A stretch of 63,988 nt of DNA, filler included, from Collodictyon triciliatum (lineage: Eukaryota), in the NCBI GenBank assembly GCA_043381765.1. It is 6 parts of 6 records of this genome, joined end to end, with 100 filler letters (N's around TTAATTAATTAA, not from the genome) between each part and the next. Parts side by side here need not be neighbours in the genome. Positions count along the whole stretch, not along the records: positions 43,153 to 53,887 come from JBHJMP010002599.1; positions 53,988 to 63,988 come from JBHJMP010002632.1; 4 more parts are not named here. The stretch is one strand, 5' to 3'. The first letter of the stretch is position 1. Each line of letters opens with the position of its first letter. The position numbers and the translations under genes are program-made. The notes below the pieces were generated by a model. The model searched no databases, was not told where the DNA came from, and saw only the letters and a program-made list of their open reading frames with translations. This document shows, in pieces, positions 51,048-63,988 of this stretch.

Positions 51048-52678
51048 AAGAGAGATAATGAAATAAGTATGTTGTTTGTACTCGATAGAGATATCGTTCC
51101 ATCAGGTCGGGTAGAAGTACCCATTCTCCAAAAGCAAATATATTGATTGGTTGGAAATATTGATACTATGGTAACCTTGTGGGATGACTCGCAGAATCTT
51201 TTCCGCTCCGATCACTCCAAGCAGAAAAGACATCGGGGTTCGGTTGATAGTGGAGACAGCAAAGATACCACCAGGCTATAAAATGGAGAAAGTATTTAAT
51301 ATCTGATACCTGGACGTTTATATATGTAATAATGCATATGTTAAATTATATTACTTTGTTGAAATGTTCAAAACAAGGAGAGAATTTAATAGCAAAATGG
51401 GAAGATTATTTTAAGTGAATTCATATTGCAAGAGTAGGGTGATATAAGAAATACGCGAGTGGGAACGAAACTTAGACCTTCACAAGCGATGAGGCAGCCT
51501 TTGTGAACGAGCGAATATCTGTAACGTGCTCCATGACTTCAGAGGCTATAACTGCATCGAATTGTATCTCCTCCTTCGCAAGTTCCTCTTGGATGGAGTG
51601 AAAATGAGAGAATTCGATTGAATATACCAAACAACTAAATTGATACATCTCCATTAATAGAGAAAATTGTGTATTCTTATATTAAAACTGAACGAATTAA
51701 TTTTTCAAACTTACATGGAAAAGAGAACAGAAATTAAAACCATATTGAATGTAATGCACTTTTATTTTTTTTATTATTATCATTGAAATCAATAGCTAGC
51801 GTACCCACTGAACAAAGACGATAATCGATTTGTTTTTTGAGATCGTCACTTTGTGTGCTCAGTCTTTGATGACCCGACAAAACTGCAGCCTCACGGTTGT
51901 CAATGCCAGTGACAGAAGCGCCGAGTCTCGCGAGAGGCTGTAAAACGTCAAAGCCAGCCGATTCGGGCAGATAATATTAAGAGGTTTCACAGACCAAAAA
52001 GGTATCGTAAGCATAATAGAGACGATGGAGCAGTAATATTTATGTTAAAGGATATCATACTTATCATCTGGTTAATATGAAAAGACATCTAATGATTGTC
52101 AAACCTCAGACAAGATCCCAGCACCACACCCAATATCAAGAATCTTGAGTCCGTCAAATGGTCTAGGCGTGGGGCAGGAAAAGAGAGTTTATTGGAGGAT
52201 AAATAAATAACTAAAAAATACGGCTTCATATGCAGCATGCTTGGTGAATGCAGGAAATGGTAATGAAGATGAACCCAATATCAAAACAAAAAATGATAGG
52301 TAAAGGAAAATAATGAGAAAAAAGAGAAAGAGAAAAAAAAAGGAAAGGATAAAAGAAAGAAATATGAAGAAAAAAGAAAGGAAAAAGAAATGGAAAATGG
52401 AGATAAAATAGGAAACATGAAAAGTAGCTAACCCACTTAAAAGTTGAAGCGGAAATATCAAAGTGGCTAGAGATGGCCTCCCGGAAATATCGCACACGAT
52501 ATGGATTAAACTGGTGCAGCATAGAGTAAGGTCCGTTTGGGTTCCACCACGATTGTGTATACTGCTGCAGCTTAGCCCCGTCGAGGAGTTCCTCCGGGTT
52601 TCCTGTCGAGAGAGTCCCAAGGAGGCGACTGCTGGAGGGGCGGCTAGAAAGAAGTGCTGGAAGGCAACGAGAGAGCAT
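50468..52678 (-). CDS. COQ3: Ubiquinone biosynthesis O-methyltransferase, mitochondrial
   Basis: R/S/L-rich presequence; WWNPNGPYSMLHQFNPYRV; LKILDIGCGAGILSE/PLARLGASVTGID; FDAVIASEVMEHV; PGG..AVSTINRT; GSHDWRKFLRPEEL; YNPL; VNY. Confidence 0.95.
50976..51045. repeat. (GT)n microsatellite with a small gap, in a COQ3 intron
   Basis: Seen directly. Confidence 0.9.
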
Positions 52679-52728
52679 CCGAGCCAGGACGAACAGCAAA
52701 GTCTAACCGATAGTGTGAGTCGGCGCTT

Positions 52729-52809
<81 letters not shown>

Positions 52810-53887
52810 GTTTTTTTTTTTTTNNNNNNNNNNGGGGGGGGGGTTGTTTTTTTTTTGTTTTTTTTTTTTTGTTTTATTTTATCTTTGCTTTCGAGATGAT
52901 TTGATCTGGTTTGTGATTTGAGTTGAGTTGATTTGATTTGATTTGAATGTCTTGTCCATCGGTTCTTGGGTTTTGGTTTCTGTCTTTGTCCTGATCTGTT
53001 AGTTCAGCCGCTGTCCAACCAATGTGTTATTATGTCGCGTGTCATTAACCTGGCGGCTTCGCCCGTCCTTCTATATATCCATCGATGCACAATGGACGCT
53101 TTTGGCAGATGCACTTTCTTGGATAGATGTAAATTATTCCAATTCTGGAAAACCCGTGTCTGTTGCTGCATCGGGCGTCGCCTGCCAGCGCCACCAGCCC
53201 AAAAACTACTGCCTTCGCGCGATGATTGCTAGTGTTTTCATGGCACAACGAGAAGGCGAGATACAGCCACACGCAAATCTGACATAAGGAGCAAGCTTCG
53301 AGGAGGCGCAGGCGTTGTTTCTCCTCTTCGTTAATCAACCTGATTCACTGCCGCCTTGTATCTCACATTTTTTCCGCTGCTGCAATACCCTATTGTGAAA
53401 TAGTAATAAATCTGGAAAATATAACACATAATTTATTTCTACTTACATTAACAATCCTGTCATTCCAAACTCACACTACAGGGTCTTTTATTATACTCAC
53501 ATCTCTGTCTATCACATCGTCTCTATTCGTACCTCCATGACCTATATATTTTATATTCAGCTGCGAAAAATAGCACATCCATAAACCCCATCCTATTACG
53601 CACTTCATCTCTCATCACTCTATCACATCACTCCCCACAATCCGGCGACCAAATATGTACTCAAACTTCCACCATTTTGGATTTCGACCAGCCATTATGG
53701 TATCAAAGCGCAAACAAACAAACAAACAAACAAACAAACAAACAAAGACACAGTTCTGTCCTCTGAGCGCCCCACGCGTTGGAATGTGCGAAAGTCTCAT
53801 GTTTTGCACTTCGCAGCGGTGAGAACAGATCGTGTGGGAGGCTTTGGGAGGCTGTCCAAGTGCCACTCTAAAGCAGAGACGCAACCC

Positions 53888-53987
53888 NNNNNNNNNNNNN
53901 NNNNNNNNNNNNNNNNNNNNNNNNNNNNNNNTTAATTAATTAANNNNNNNNNNNNNNNNNNNNNNNNNNNNNNNNNNNNNNNNNNNN
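53888..53987. other. Artificial scaffold spacer
   Basis: 44N-TTAATTAATTAA-44N. Confidence 0.97.
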
Positions 53988-56097
53988 CAACAACCCGCCA
54001 CCCATTCCTGATAATAGACTGGATGACATCATACAAATCTCTTTCCTCAATAGCTTTCTTCGCCACCTGCACGTTCTCTACTACTCCGACCCCGTGAGAA
54101 GAGACATGTGGAAAGAGGCTGAGAAGGACATTAAACCTCGCCTTGTCTCTCTTATGCAAGCACAAGACCCAGGCTACAGGCCAAACTGAAGGATGCAATT
54201 CCCGATTACCAACTACTTCTCCACCTCCCTGCCACATCGTAGCGTTAGCGCAAACGATGGCTAGCGAACCAAAGCCAACATCTCCACAATCCTGTACAAA
54301 AATGAAAGGAACAATAAAAAGTTGTCATGTTTTTTGTTTTTTTGTTTTTTGTTCTTTGTTCTTTGTTCTTTGTTCATTACTTGTCTATCCCCATGATGTG
54401 CCCCTTGATATGTTTTTACAAAACTAAGGGAGAAAGCATTGGCGCTCCTACGACTTAAAAAAAAAAAAGCATGTTACTCATATGACGGATCACTTGGTTG
54501 GATTTTTTTCCCTTTATTCGATTCTATGTCACTCAGTTGGAATCTTAGCACCTTCATGTAAATTCAAAAGCTATGAATATCGGTATTGTCACTGCACGTC
54601 TTCAAGGAATACAATCAGAGTCCTACTTAGACCAAAAAGGTGGTGTTGGCAGTAGCTCCGGACGCTGGTGGACATAGATTTTCAAAAAACTTATCCGAGA
54701 AAAATTGAGAGGCGAGGTACAGGGAAGACAAACTGTAATCAAGTCTCGTCTCGAACATGCTGCCATGAATCCCTTGCTGTCAACACCGCAGCCAGAGTTA
54801 ACTTTTCTCAACATCCAGCGGTCGTTCTCGGGTCTGCTGTTGTTCTTACGGGTGCGCTGAAATCTATCGCCGAATGAAGAAGGGATACTTCTTGGCGGCT
54901 CATGAAAGGGAATCATACTTATGTTAATGTAGCCTCGTTGGCACGTTGTGCATTGGCGCTCCAGAATCCGGTTAGGAGTATCGGGCTGGCTCCCGCATGA
55001 CAGGGTGGTTCGGATGGCTTAGCGGTGAGGTTTCCTGCTCGTTGCCCTCGTGATGGCTGCGCTTAATCCACAAAAGGGATTCGTTGTGGCCGAAGACTTT
55101 TTTCTGGCGGGAAACCGCGTTGGACGCGATGGCGGCTTGATTAGGAAAGATTCGTTTTCTTGAAGTAATAGCACCGACGAAGAAAAAATAATTGGTTGTG
55201 TGATTAAGGGTGATGAATGTGATGGCGCACGGTTCCGGAGCAATATCCCACGAGTTCGTAGCGGCACGCACGGTTGAGCGACTATGTTGTTTGGTCACTT
55301 TTTTCCGAGAGGTTGTGCGGTGCGAATATACCTGTATTGCCCTATTCTTGTGCTGGAAGAAACATCCGCCTCTGCTGAAAACCAAAAAACGCGAAGCCAC
55401 CGCCATCCTTGGGCTCTGATCGCCATCCCATAATTAAGAGTCGGTCGCGGGTGGAGCAGATGCAAAACCCCAATACAGAGTCTCAGATAGTCTGCTCAAA
55501 AGAATTATCCTTGGTGGCTGTTTAAATCTCCTCTGCCACACTCGCGACCAATCCAAACAACGACAGAAAATGCAATTCTTAACGAAACTGACAGAAGGGA
55601 AAAAAAAGGAAAAAGAAAGAGCAGAGTCTCTCTGGATTCTTCATCCGTTGCGAATGCATTAACCACGAGAACAGCAAACATACCAATCCAGTTCTCAGAT
55701 GATTTTCCTCTCCTCTATTTGACCCCAACTCGTTCATCTTCCCCCTTTTTTTTTCTTTTGTCTTGTTCAGTCTTGTGGATAATCGCTACAGCAATAGCAA
55801 CTGTCGCGACCTTTTTAATGATCTCTGGGCAAATCAATGCGTCGATTTTCCTCTTCCCTGAGCAAAACGATCTGTTTCTTGATTCTGCTGAATTATTTTC
55901 CACCTTCCCCGCCCATCGAGCAAGGAGTGACCACGTCTTTTTGTCCGTCTGTCTATTTTGCTGCGCAGCCTTGTTTGCTGACCCGATCACCCCAAAAGCC
56001 GAAGAAATATAAACAGGGAGGACAAAAAAAAATAAAAATAAGAGCGCCCAGAGCCAATAATATTCGATATAGATCGACCGACAAGCAGACCGCCGCC

Positions 56098-58745
56098 ATG
56101 AGCAGCCAGCCGCCCAGCAACCGAGCCGCCTCGCCTTGGGTGCGGAAGTCCTTGCCTCTGCTGTCGTCCTTGTTCCCCACCCCGAGCGAAGGAGCGCAGC
56201 CGCTGCACGATGCATCAGACGAGGCCACCGGCGATCAAGGAGCGGGCCAGTCCAGCTTCGTTGCACATGGGCCGCAGAGGGACAGAGCGGAGGCAGACCT
56301 CGAGTGCGACGGTGATGCAGCGGCGGCTGGTGGGGACTTTGAGGCGCTACCTGATTCACGCACGCTCCTAGGCGAGGTCGTCTCTGTGCTGCAGCACACC
56401 CGCAAGATCATGCAGAAGACCGTCAACATGCTCAAGAACTTATCAAAGAAGCCCGACATCGACCCTGACACTGTTTGGGTCCTGGAGACGGCCGTGGAGA
56501 TGCTCATCAGCCACCGCCCTCCCATCACCGCCTCTCTCAACCGCCTCAAACTTCGCCTCACGGCCCCAGACTCTCACCCAGTCCTGGGCCCAAAGCTCGC
56601 CCCTTATCCAACTTCCAACCCCCAGCCTCAATCCCAGACGCATTCTCAATCCCAACCCCAGTCCCTCTCATCTTTTCGTACTCCTGTGAACACCGTGACC
56701 GATTCAACCCTGTCTGGTGCGAATTTGCCCGACCAGCTCTCTCCACCACATCATAGTGTTACCCTCGAAAACTCTTTTCAGAAGGTTCCTGGCTGAAATC
56801 ATCATTAACTATGAATATTTCTATCAAATGATGAACTATTTTCCTAGTCCAACATATCCTCTCTAACCTTTTAGCTTATACATATATGTCAGTCCCTTGA
56901 CGTTTGACACTTTCACATACACTCTCATGCACATATTCATAGAACAATATCTGACTCCTTAATACCACCTATAGTCCGACGAAGAGAATAGCCTACGACA
57001 ATCTTATTCAGGTTGTTTTTTGTTTTTTAAAAAAAAAAACGAATACAACACTCATATTTATAGAACAGAATACATTTTATACAAATGCTCTTTATCCGAT
57101 GTTTTTATTATTGTTTTATCTTCTTCTGTATGATATCTTATTTTGCATTCATGCCATGAAAAGATGACATATTATAAGACCCTAACTAACGTGATTACAT
57201 ACCATCGCCGAATTCTTTCCTGCAAAAATTAGCGTAACCTACTCATCTACTTCGTTTTTTTGTAGGAAATCTGAAGCCAACGCAATATTCTCAAACAACT
57301 TATACAGACTACAATTCCAACCGTACTTCTCAATTGAATACACAAAAAGTCAATACACTCCACTCCCAACAGCAATACCGAGCCGTTAATTCAATCCGCC
57401 AACACTCGACTCATCCCAACGTACCACAAAAGACGCAACCCACTAGCTACACGAACCCTGCTGTCAAAACAGTATCAGCATATTCATTCCATCCAAACCA
57501 TCACGTGCAACCAACAACAAATGCGACTATGAGTCACACAAGTTTAACTAACACCACCCAAAAGAATCTAAACCATCACACGCTACCCAGTCCCCATGGC
57601 TCCAAGATACCATCACTTCAGTCTGACGCTCAAAATTTTTATCCACACTCTTCCTTGAAAGACGATGAACCATCTCGGGTGTCAGCCATGGCAAACCTAT
57701 CTGGGATACACTCCGATTCACAGTTGCCGCCAAGTTTGGCGTGGATGTTGAAGCCGTCCCATTCGAATGCGAACGTAAGTAGTTCCGACAAGCAATATGT
57801 CGCACCCAAGCAAGGATTGCAGCAACTAACCCACTCAAACCGTCAAACTGGAACGCAGTCGCGGCTAGGAGAGGTGAACAATTGTTCTCATATTGATCGA
57901 CAATTTTTTTTAAAAGAATCATAAAAAGACAACTAGGATAAGAATTAAATGATATCAAAAAAAAATAGGTGCAGTCATCTCATGAACCTGGAAACTTGCA
58001 GATAAGACTCCTAAAACATGGAGAGTCTGTAAATCAAAATCCTTATTCAGCTCCGGCTCCGGCTCCGGTTCCAGCTCCGGTTCTCTCTATTAGCCAACAT
58101 ACAACCGATGACTTAGATGATTCTTACTCTACAATTCCGAGTTATGTGGGATACGATCAATTCCACTATGATGCGGGGTCCGGGGAACCAGACCATTCAT
58201 TTCCTTTTAATATTCATGATTCAGCGTCTCAATCTCCTGGGCTAGAAATGTCCTCTCAACAATCCTCGTATATGTTCCACACTTCATCTTCTCTCACACA
58301 ACCCGCTATTCCTAACCAGAAACCACCGCAGTCTTTAAATTCAAGCTCGCCTCAAGGCCAAAATTATGCATTTCAATCCACTTCTAGAGGAATTTACCCA
58401 CTGAATATCTACGACGGAAATCAAATTGGGCTGCTGTTCAACATTGCAGCTCAAGTAAACCAGTTTTGTGCACGCAGATTTGGTGATATTATCGTCAGTC
58501 TGATAGATGAAAAAAGCTGGATTCAAGTCACACGTTTGCTGATAGACACCTGTTGTCCGAACCAAAAAGCCGTTCAACTCTCGCCAACAACGGCAAAGAT
58601 ATTTGTAGACCTGGTTGCCACCTCAGCACTTCCACTCTTGGGTCAACTGAAGGCAGAGGAGGCTTTGCAACTTTTGCAAATGATACAAGCTGTGGTCATG
58701 CAACCACAACATTCGTCTCAAGCGCAAAGTCGCAATATATGGTAG
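56098..58745 (+). CDS. Hypothetical protein, S/Q/P/H-rich low-complexity middle with helical N- and C-terminal segments (about 4 exons)
   Basis: GCCGCCATG start; exons at about 56098-56783, 56974-57011, 57267-57872 and 57970-58745. Confidence 0.65.
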
Positions 58746-58949
58746 TTGTAGGCAATGAAGCCCATCTCAATTCATTTATGGTGGTTGTAGCATACAAAAT
58801 GTTGCTTGGAAGCAACTTTCAAGGATTTCAAAGCCCTGCGGTTCAATAACCATCACATGCCACTCAGTTTTCAAATGCATCCATTCATTTTATAAACCTT
58901 TCTTTAAGATAAAAAACCTGGAAAGCACCTTGATTGGCCGTATTCAGGC

Positions 58950-61900
58950 TTATGTAGCGCAGAGCTGGATATACTGTGTTGCTACACTTGGGCTTCCTTG
59001 AGGCATACTCGTGACGACTTTGCCTTTTCGATGGTGGTGCTCCTGTTTCATTTTAGGCAAGCCTTCTGCTTTCCTTTTTATTTCCCACCTCAATAAGTCA
59101 TCTGACTTTTGTGTTCCTTCTGTTAGGATTCAAACAACATTTCACCTCACTTTACTTGACCTTTCTGAACTTCTACCACCACCACCATCATCACTCTCTT
59201 GGGGTATAAATGCAAGAAAATCAAAGTTAAATCCAGAATTTGTCGGTATTAATAATTGTGGTTCGTCTATCTTTACTATTAGTATGATTGTCAACGGTAT
59301 CTTCTCTTTTTTCCACAAAGCAGTAAGGAATCAATGTGAAAAAAAAAAATTCAGACAAGTCAAGACACCGCCAGATAATTGCGAGTTCTCGAAAAGAAAA
59401 TTTTATTCATTCATTATTTATTTATTTGAAACCGTGGTTCATACATATGCAATTTTAAACTGTGAGACAAAGCCCAAGGCCGTCGATATCAACTCATAAA
59501 ATGGACAAATAGTTTTCTGATGGGCTTAACAAGGATGGTGCCAAAACGGGGCGAAAAATAAGCACAAAATACATACACAGTGTGAGGCAGCATGAGGATA
59601 AATGGGTGCCAATGCCAGACAAGGGCGTAGAGTGATGGATACCAGCGATGATACCAAGAAAAACTGCTGAGGTAACCAGCTTGTAAAAGAGAAACTCATT
59701 TTCTAACCCAGCCTCTATTTTTTCCACGGAAGCCCCTAAGGCAACGAGGTGGTACGAAACGCACCACTGCAGAGGCGTGAACCATGCATGTGCTTGATAC
59801 CAAACTAAGCATAGTCGAGAGTGGTTTGGGCTCAGTAATAGTGTGTTACATGATTATTTTTATGATGTTTCAACACGACAGAATATGCGAGTATGAATTA
59901 AGCACAAAAAGGATAAAGAAAAGAACTATGTTTTACCATGAATAAAAAATATTGAGCGACAGGGCATAATGCAGGCGACCATAAGAGTGGTGGTGACAAC
60001 AATAGTGGTTGCCGAATAAATGACACCCAAATACGCTATTGCTATGCCTTTAGTGTTGCCACTCATAAGGACTTGAATAAGACTCGCTGTGAAAACCGCA
60101 CCATAAGCTAGAACTAGGAAGCTATGTCTTGGCGTCCTCCTAATCTCGATTGCTTTCAGAAATGAAATCGGAGCCCCTTGTGGATGGGTTGGGATGTTCT
60201 GTACAATAGAATGGTCGGAATTCATAGGAGCAATCCATGCGTGCCTTCTTGCATGGGCTTCGACTACAGAATACGAATCAGACAACCCAATAAACCAGCC
60301 TATTACCACCGTGAACAGAATCGAAACCTAAAAATCGATAGGGTTTAAACACCACATAGTTAAAAATACATGCAACTCTTGCCACCAGCACATCTTGAAA
60401 AATAAGATTTGGGTTGAATTTTAGAGCTTCCATATTTGTTCTTCATTTTGAATATGTGAGGGACACACTTGAATATAGTTACAAATATATATGTAAAGAT
60501 ACACTCTGTATCACTTACCCTATCCCATCCAGGTAGTGCGGTGAATGGTATGGACACGGGCAAAAAGAACGATGCCATGATATGCATTCGGTGAAGAAGA
60601 TGCGGTGGCGTATTGAAGGCAGGTATAATACAAGCCATCCCCATACCAATGAAAATGCAACCTAAAAACATTCCATGTGCGAGAATCTCATGAAATACTA
60701 ATGTTTGGTCTTTAAATTGAACTGATATGACTATGAATGTCAGAGATATACACGCAACAAAAAACATCCTCCAAGAAGGAGGTTGGCCAGTTAAACTACC
60801 AGATAATTGCATGGTCTTTTGCACGGAAAGCTGCCTCGCAAGTAAATGAACGATGTCAACTAAAGCTTGTCCCCACCAAAGCCCACTTAAGGCTAGAAAT
60901 AATGCAACATCGATAAAATAGCGAATTACGTAATAGCCAAGGATCAACCCTTCGACTGGAGCGGTGTACGCAATTTTTTGAAAGGCATAAGCAGTGCGTA
61001 TCTCGAATTTTTGTAACAACAAAACCTATTATTGATGAAAGGAGAGCAATATTGTTAAAAAAAAATAATACACGCCTTCAATAAAAGTATGTACAGGTTT
61101 TTGTCCACAAGAGATATAGTACTGTTGTATGAGAAACAAAACATTGCAACTGAATGGAGCATCTAACAGAATTTCATGTAAGATTATGATATCTAAATAG
61201 TGATTTCAAATTGTATGAAACCTTAAATATGGCCCCTGTTAAAATACAAATAACGATAAGTAATAATGATGCATTGTGGTTTGCAATTGCACAATCATGT
61301 GAAAACGCCTAATAAGAGTATTGTTTATCTATTATTTTCTAAATAACGTTTTTATTTTTTCAAAAAAATACATTCCACGTCAAAGAGGAATGAATGAAGT
61401 AACTGGGCGTGATATATTCAATCTGCTGTATAGATATATGGCGAGGTTCCAAAACAACTCAAATAAAAAAAAACGAACATATGGAGAGCATTCTCTACAT
61501 GATTCAAATCGATAGACGCTTAGCTTACAAAATATTGGAGACAAGCACGATCCATTCCCCATGATTCATAAAGATAGTAGGCAAGTAAGCTTGTCAATAA
61601 AAGAATGAGACCAGAGTATGAAACCCAAAATAGGCCTAACCGGCCTAAGTTGTATTTAAAGCTCTTTGTTAACCTATGGAAATATCCAAACTTAAGCACT
61701 CTATTATCCGTTACATTTACATTATCGCGATTGTGTCCACCATTAGAATTTTGTTCGTTCAAACCGCGGGGTTCTTGAGATGGAGAAGAAAAGGATGGAC
61801 TGAAAGGTTGGCGAAAAGACCTTTCTTGGGATGGAGTGGCCATGACATTTGCCTGACGTTCATTCCGTCCAGTTTCAGAAGCACTGCAAAGTAACAGATT

Positions 61901-63730
61901 CCTCCATAATCGCCCAGACCGAAATGTTTCAATATATTCACAAAAGGTGGCATATTCTTGTTGTGAAATCCAATCTTTTTGTGATGTTCCTTCCGCCACC
62001 CAACATATAGTTTCGAATCCACTATACTGGACGAGGAATGTGTCCAAATAATCTGATTCTGCTTCATTCATATTTTGGTTCATGTGTCCGCTATTCCCTG
62101 GGCTTCCAGTTTGGTTAATGCCTCGGTCTGATACAGCACTCGAGGCAACGGCATTGCTTTGGAATTCATGTACTTGAGACGGTAGAAGAACCGGCAAAGG
62201 AGGAGATGTCTCTGATGATTGAACAGTAATCTGGGGGACAGATGTGACAATGCGCAAGGCCCCAGTATTTACAAATGTAGATGGCGAAACGGCTTGTGAT
62301 TCAGTAATCACGTGATCAGCAGAGCTGGGTATTTGCACTGTAAGGGCGAATTGAGAGCCTGAGTTTCGAGATAAACGGCGAGTGTTGATAACACCAGATA
62401 CAGTCTTTGTTTCTTTGCTGAGTTTTTCGTTTATATCGATCCCGGATTTTGCTTTTATGCCACTGGAATCGGGAAGGTCTGTTAAGTGGCTGTGGTGATT
62501 CCATTTTTTCTGGCTGCTTGCATTTATATCCAAGTCAGTGCAAGCACATCCTTCTTCCACGTTGGTTTTGTCTCCGTTGTAAGATTCCGTCTCACTTGAT
62601 GTGTTTTCGCCATCTGTTTCAGGGTCGCTGTTTACACCTTCTCTCGGTGAGGGAGCCACAAATAAGTCTGGGTCTATTGATGGCCTTGCTGAGGGGTTTG
62701 GAGACCGGAGAAAAGGAGAAGGAGGGATGGAGACCTCCGGTTCGCGCTCACGGTCAACAGAGACCGCATGCGAATAAGCATCTGTGTCTGTGTCGGACTC
62801 GTTCCTGCTGCGAGAGCGCTGAGGGAAGCGAAAGCCAAATGTGAATGAGGGACCGAATCGAAAGCCGGTCCTGGTGCTCATTGCGGGTGACTGCGGCTGC
62901 GAAGGCAAGGAAGTGTCATAGTTGCTATCACGGTGGCCTGCCTCTTGATTGGCATCTGCCTGTGTCTCAAGCGGAAGAGCCAGTTCGAGGGAAGAGAGCT
63001 CGTCTGTCCACCCAGTAGCTGAGAGGGCTGCATCTCCGTCGCTGTCGCCGCTGTGGAGTCCAAAGCAGAAGCGCACGAGCCGTCCGATTGTCCAGGGCGT
63101 ACTTTCCCGTTGCTGGGGCTCCTGCTCCCCTACAGTCTCGATGAGTACACTCTCCACCACAGAGCTCGGTCTTGTCGGGGTTGTGTAAGTGGTGTGGCTT
63201 TGGCTGCGGCTGTGTCTGCGACTGTACATGTTAACTGGGTCCTGCGAGTTTCCTTGGCTGCGGGTCCGGCTCATGAGGGAGGCATTTGCATTGGCATTGG
63301 CAATTGCATTTGCGTTTGCACTAATGTTGGTACTGGAATTGGGATTAAAGTTGGCATTGGCGTCTGGACTCGTCTTTGTAATCGGGCCTGCGCGAGGATG
63401 GTGGCTCCCGACCGATGAATGGCGGGACAGTGTTGGGCGGCTGTGAGTCGGGCCCGCACTGGGCGCCGTCTGCGATGGGGCAGAAGAAGGTCCTGCGTGT
63501 TGGGCCGTCAGCGCCGGAGATGTCTTTGTTCGTGTCGGGCGGGCCGCGTGCATAAACCCAGCAGAGGGCGGCCGCAGATGTTGTCCCGGAGATGCTCCGC
63601 CGTGGGCCGGACTTTGGTCGCAGCCGACTTCCGCCTGGCTGCCGCTGCTGCTGCCTTCGTTGGCCGTGTGGGGTTGGTCCACCGATACGCGCCGTTGGGT
63701 TGGCATCGAGGGGCTCGACAGGTTTTGCAT
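58950..63730 (-). CDS. Hypothetical polytopic membrane protein with very long disordered N-terminus
   Basis: First exon of about 2.2 kb (MQNLSSPSMP..., S/P/R-rich) ends in a TM segment; exons at 59494-61022 encode many hydrophobic segments; 3' end approximate. Confidence 0.65.
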
Positions 63731-63988
63731 GCGTCCGCTGTGGTTTTTGTCGCCGTCCGTGTCTCGCTCCTTGTGTTGCCTGTCTGTGTTTCGTGAAAAA
63801 GAAGTGGAAAGGGCGTGCGAGGGGGAGGGTGGTATTTTTTTTTTTTTTTTGTGTGTGTGTGTATTATAAAGTGAGATCAAAGACGCCAGGTCAAACTCAA
63901 ATAAATTTCATAAACCAGTGTCTAAATTCAACATGGATTCTTTATTAAGTGTTTGTGAATCTGTTTGTCCGATTCTGTGTATCTATGT

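Overview
Eukaryotic genomic DNA: compact, intron-rich, AT-rich and full of microsatellites. The gene set suggests a flagellated, probably aerobic microbial eukaryote (CFAP99, augmin HAUS1, mitochondrial COQ3). The window is not one locus. It is six scaffolds of about 10.7 kb joined by five artificial 100-bp spacers (44 N + TTAATTAATTAA + 44 N), so adjacency across spacers means nothing. Spliced genes reconstructed by eye: MFS transporter (partial), HAUS1, CFAP99, exosome RNase PH subunit (MTR3/RRP41L-like), Claspin/Mrc1-like, myristoylated RING-H2 ligase, SLC38/AVT-type amino acid transporter, a divergent Rab, a RING/B-box/coiled-coil/MIB-HERC2 protein, PARG (partial), PITHD1, a catalytically degenerate MoxR-like AAA protein, a Rap/Ras GTPase, COQ3 and four orphans. 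The standout is 17696-21456: four tightly packed, co-oriented, intronless, very AT-rich ORFs including a giant-virus-type Ser/Thr kinase. A perfect 18-bp AT-rich hairpin bounds it on the left, against the Claspin 5' end. On the right, a Helitron-like 3' terminus supplies the last ORF's stop codon. This is a candidate endogenous giant-virus (Nucleocytoviricota) fragment. Exon boundaries and family calls come from manual translation and motif recognition; no database searches were run.
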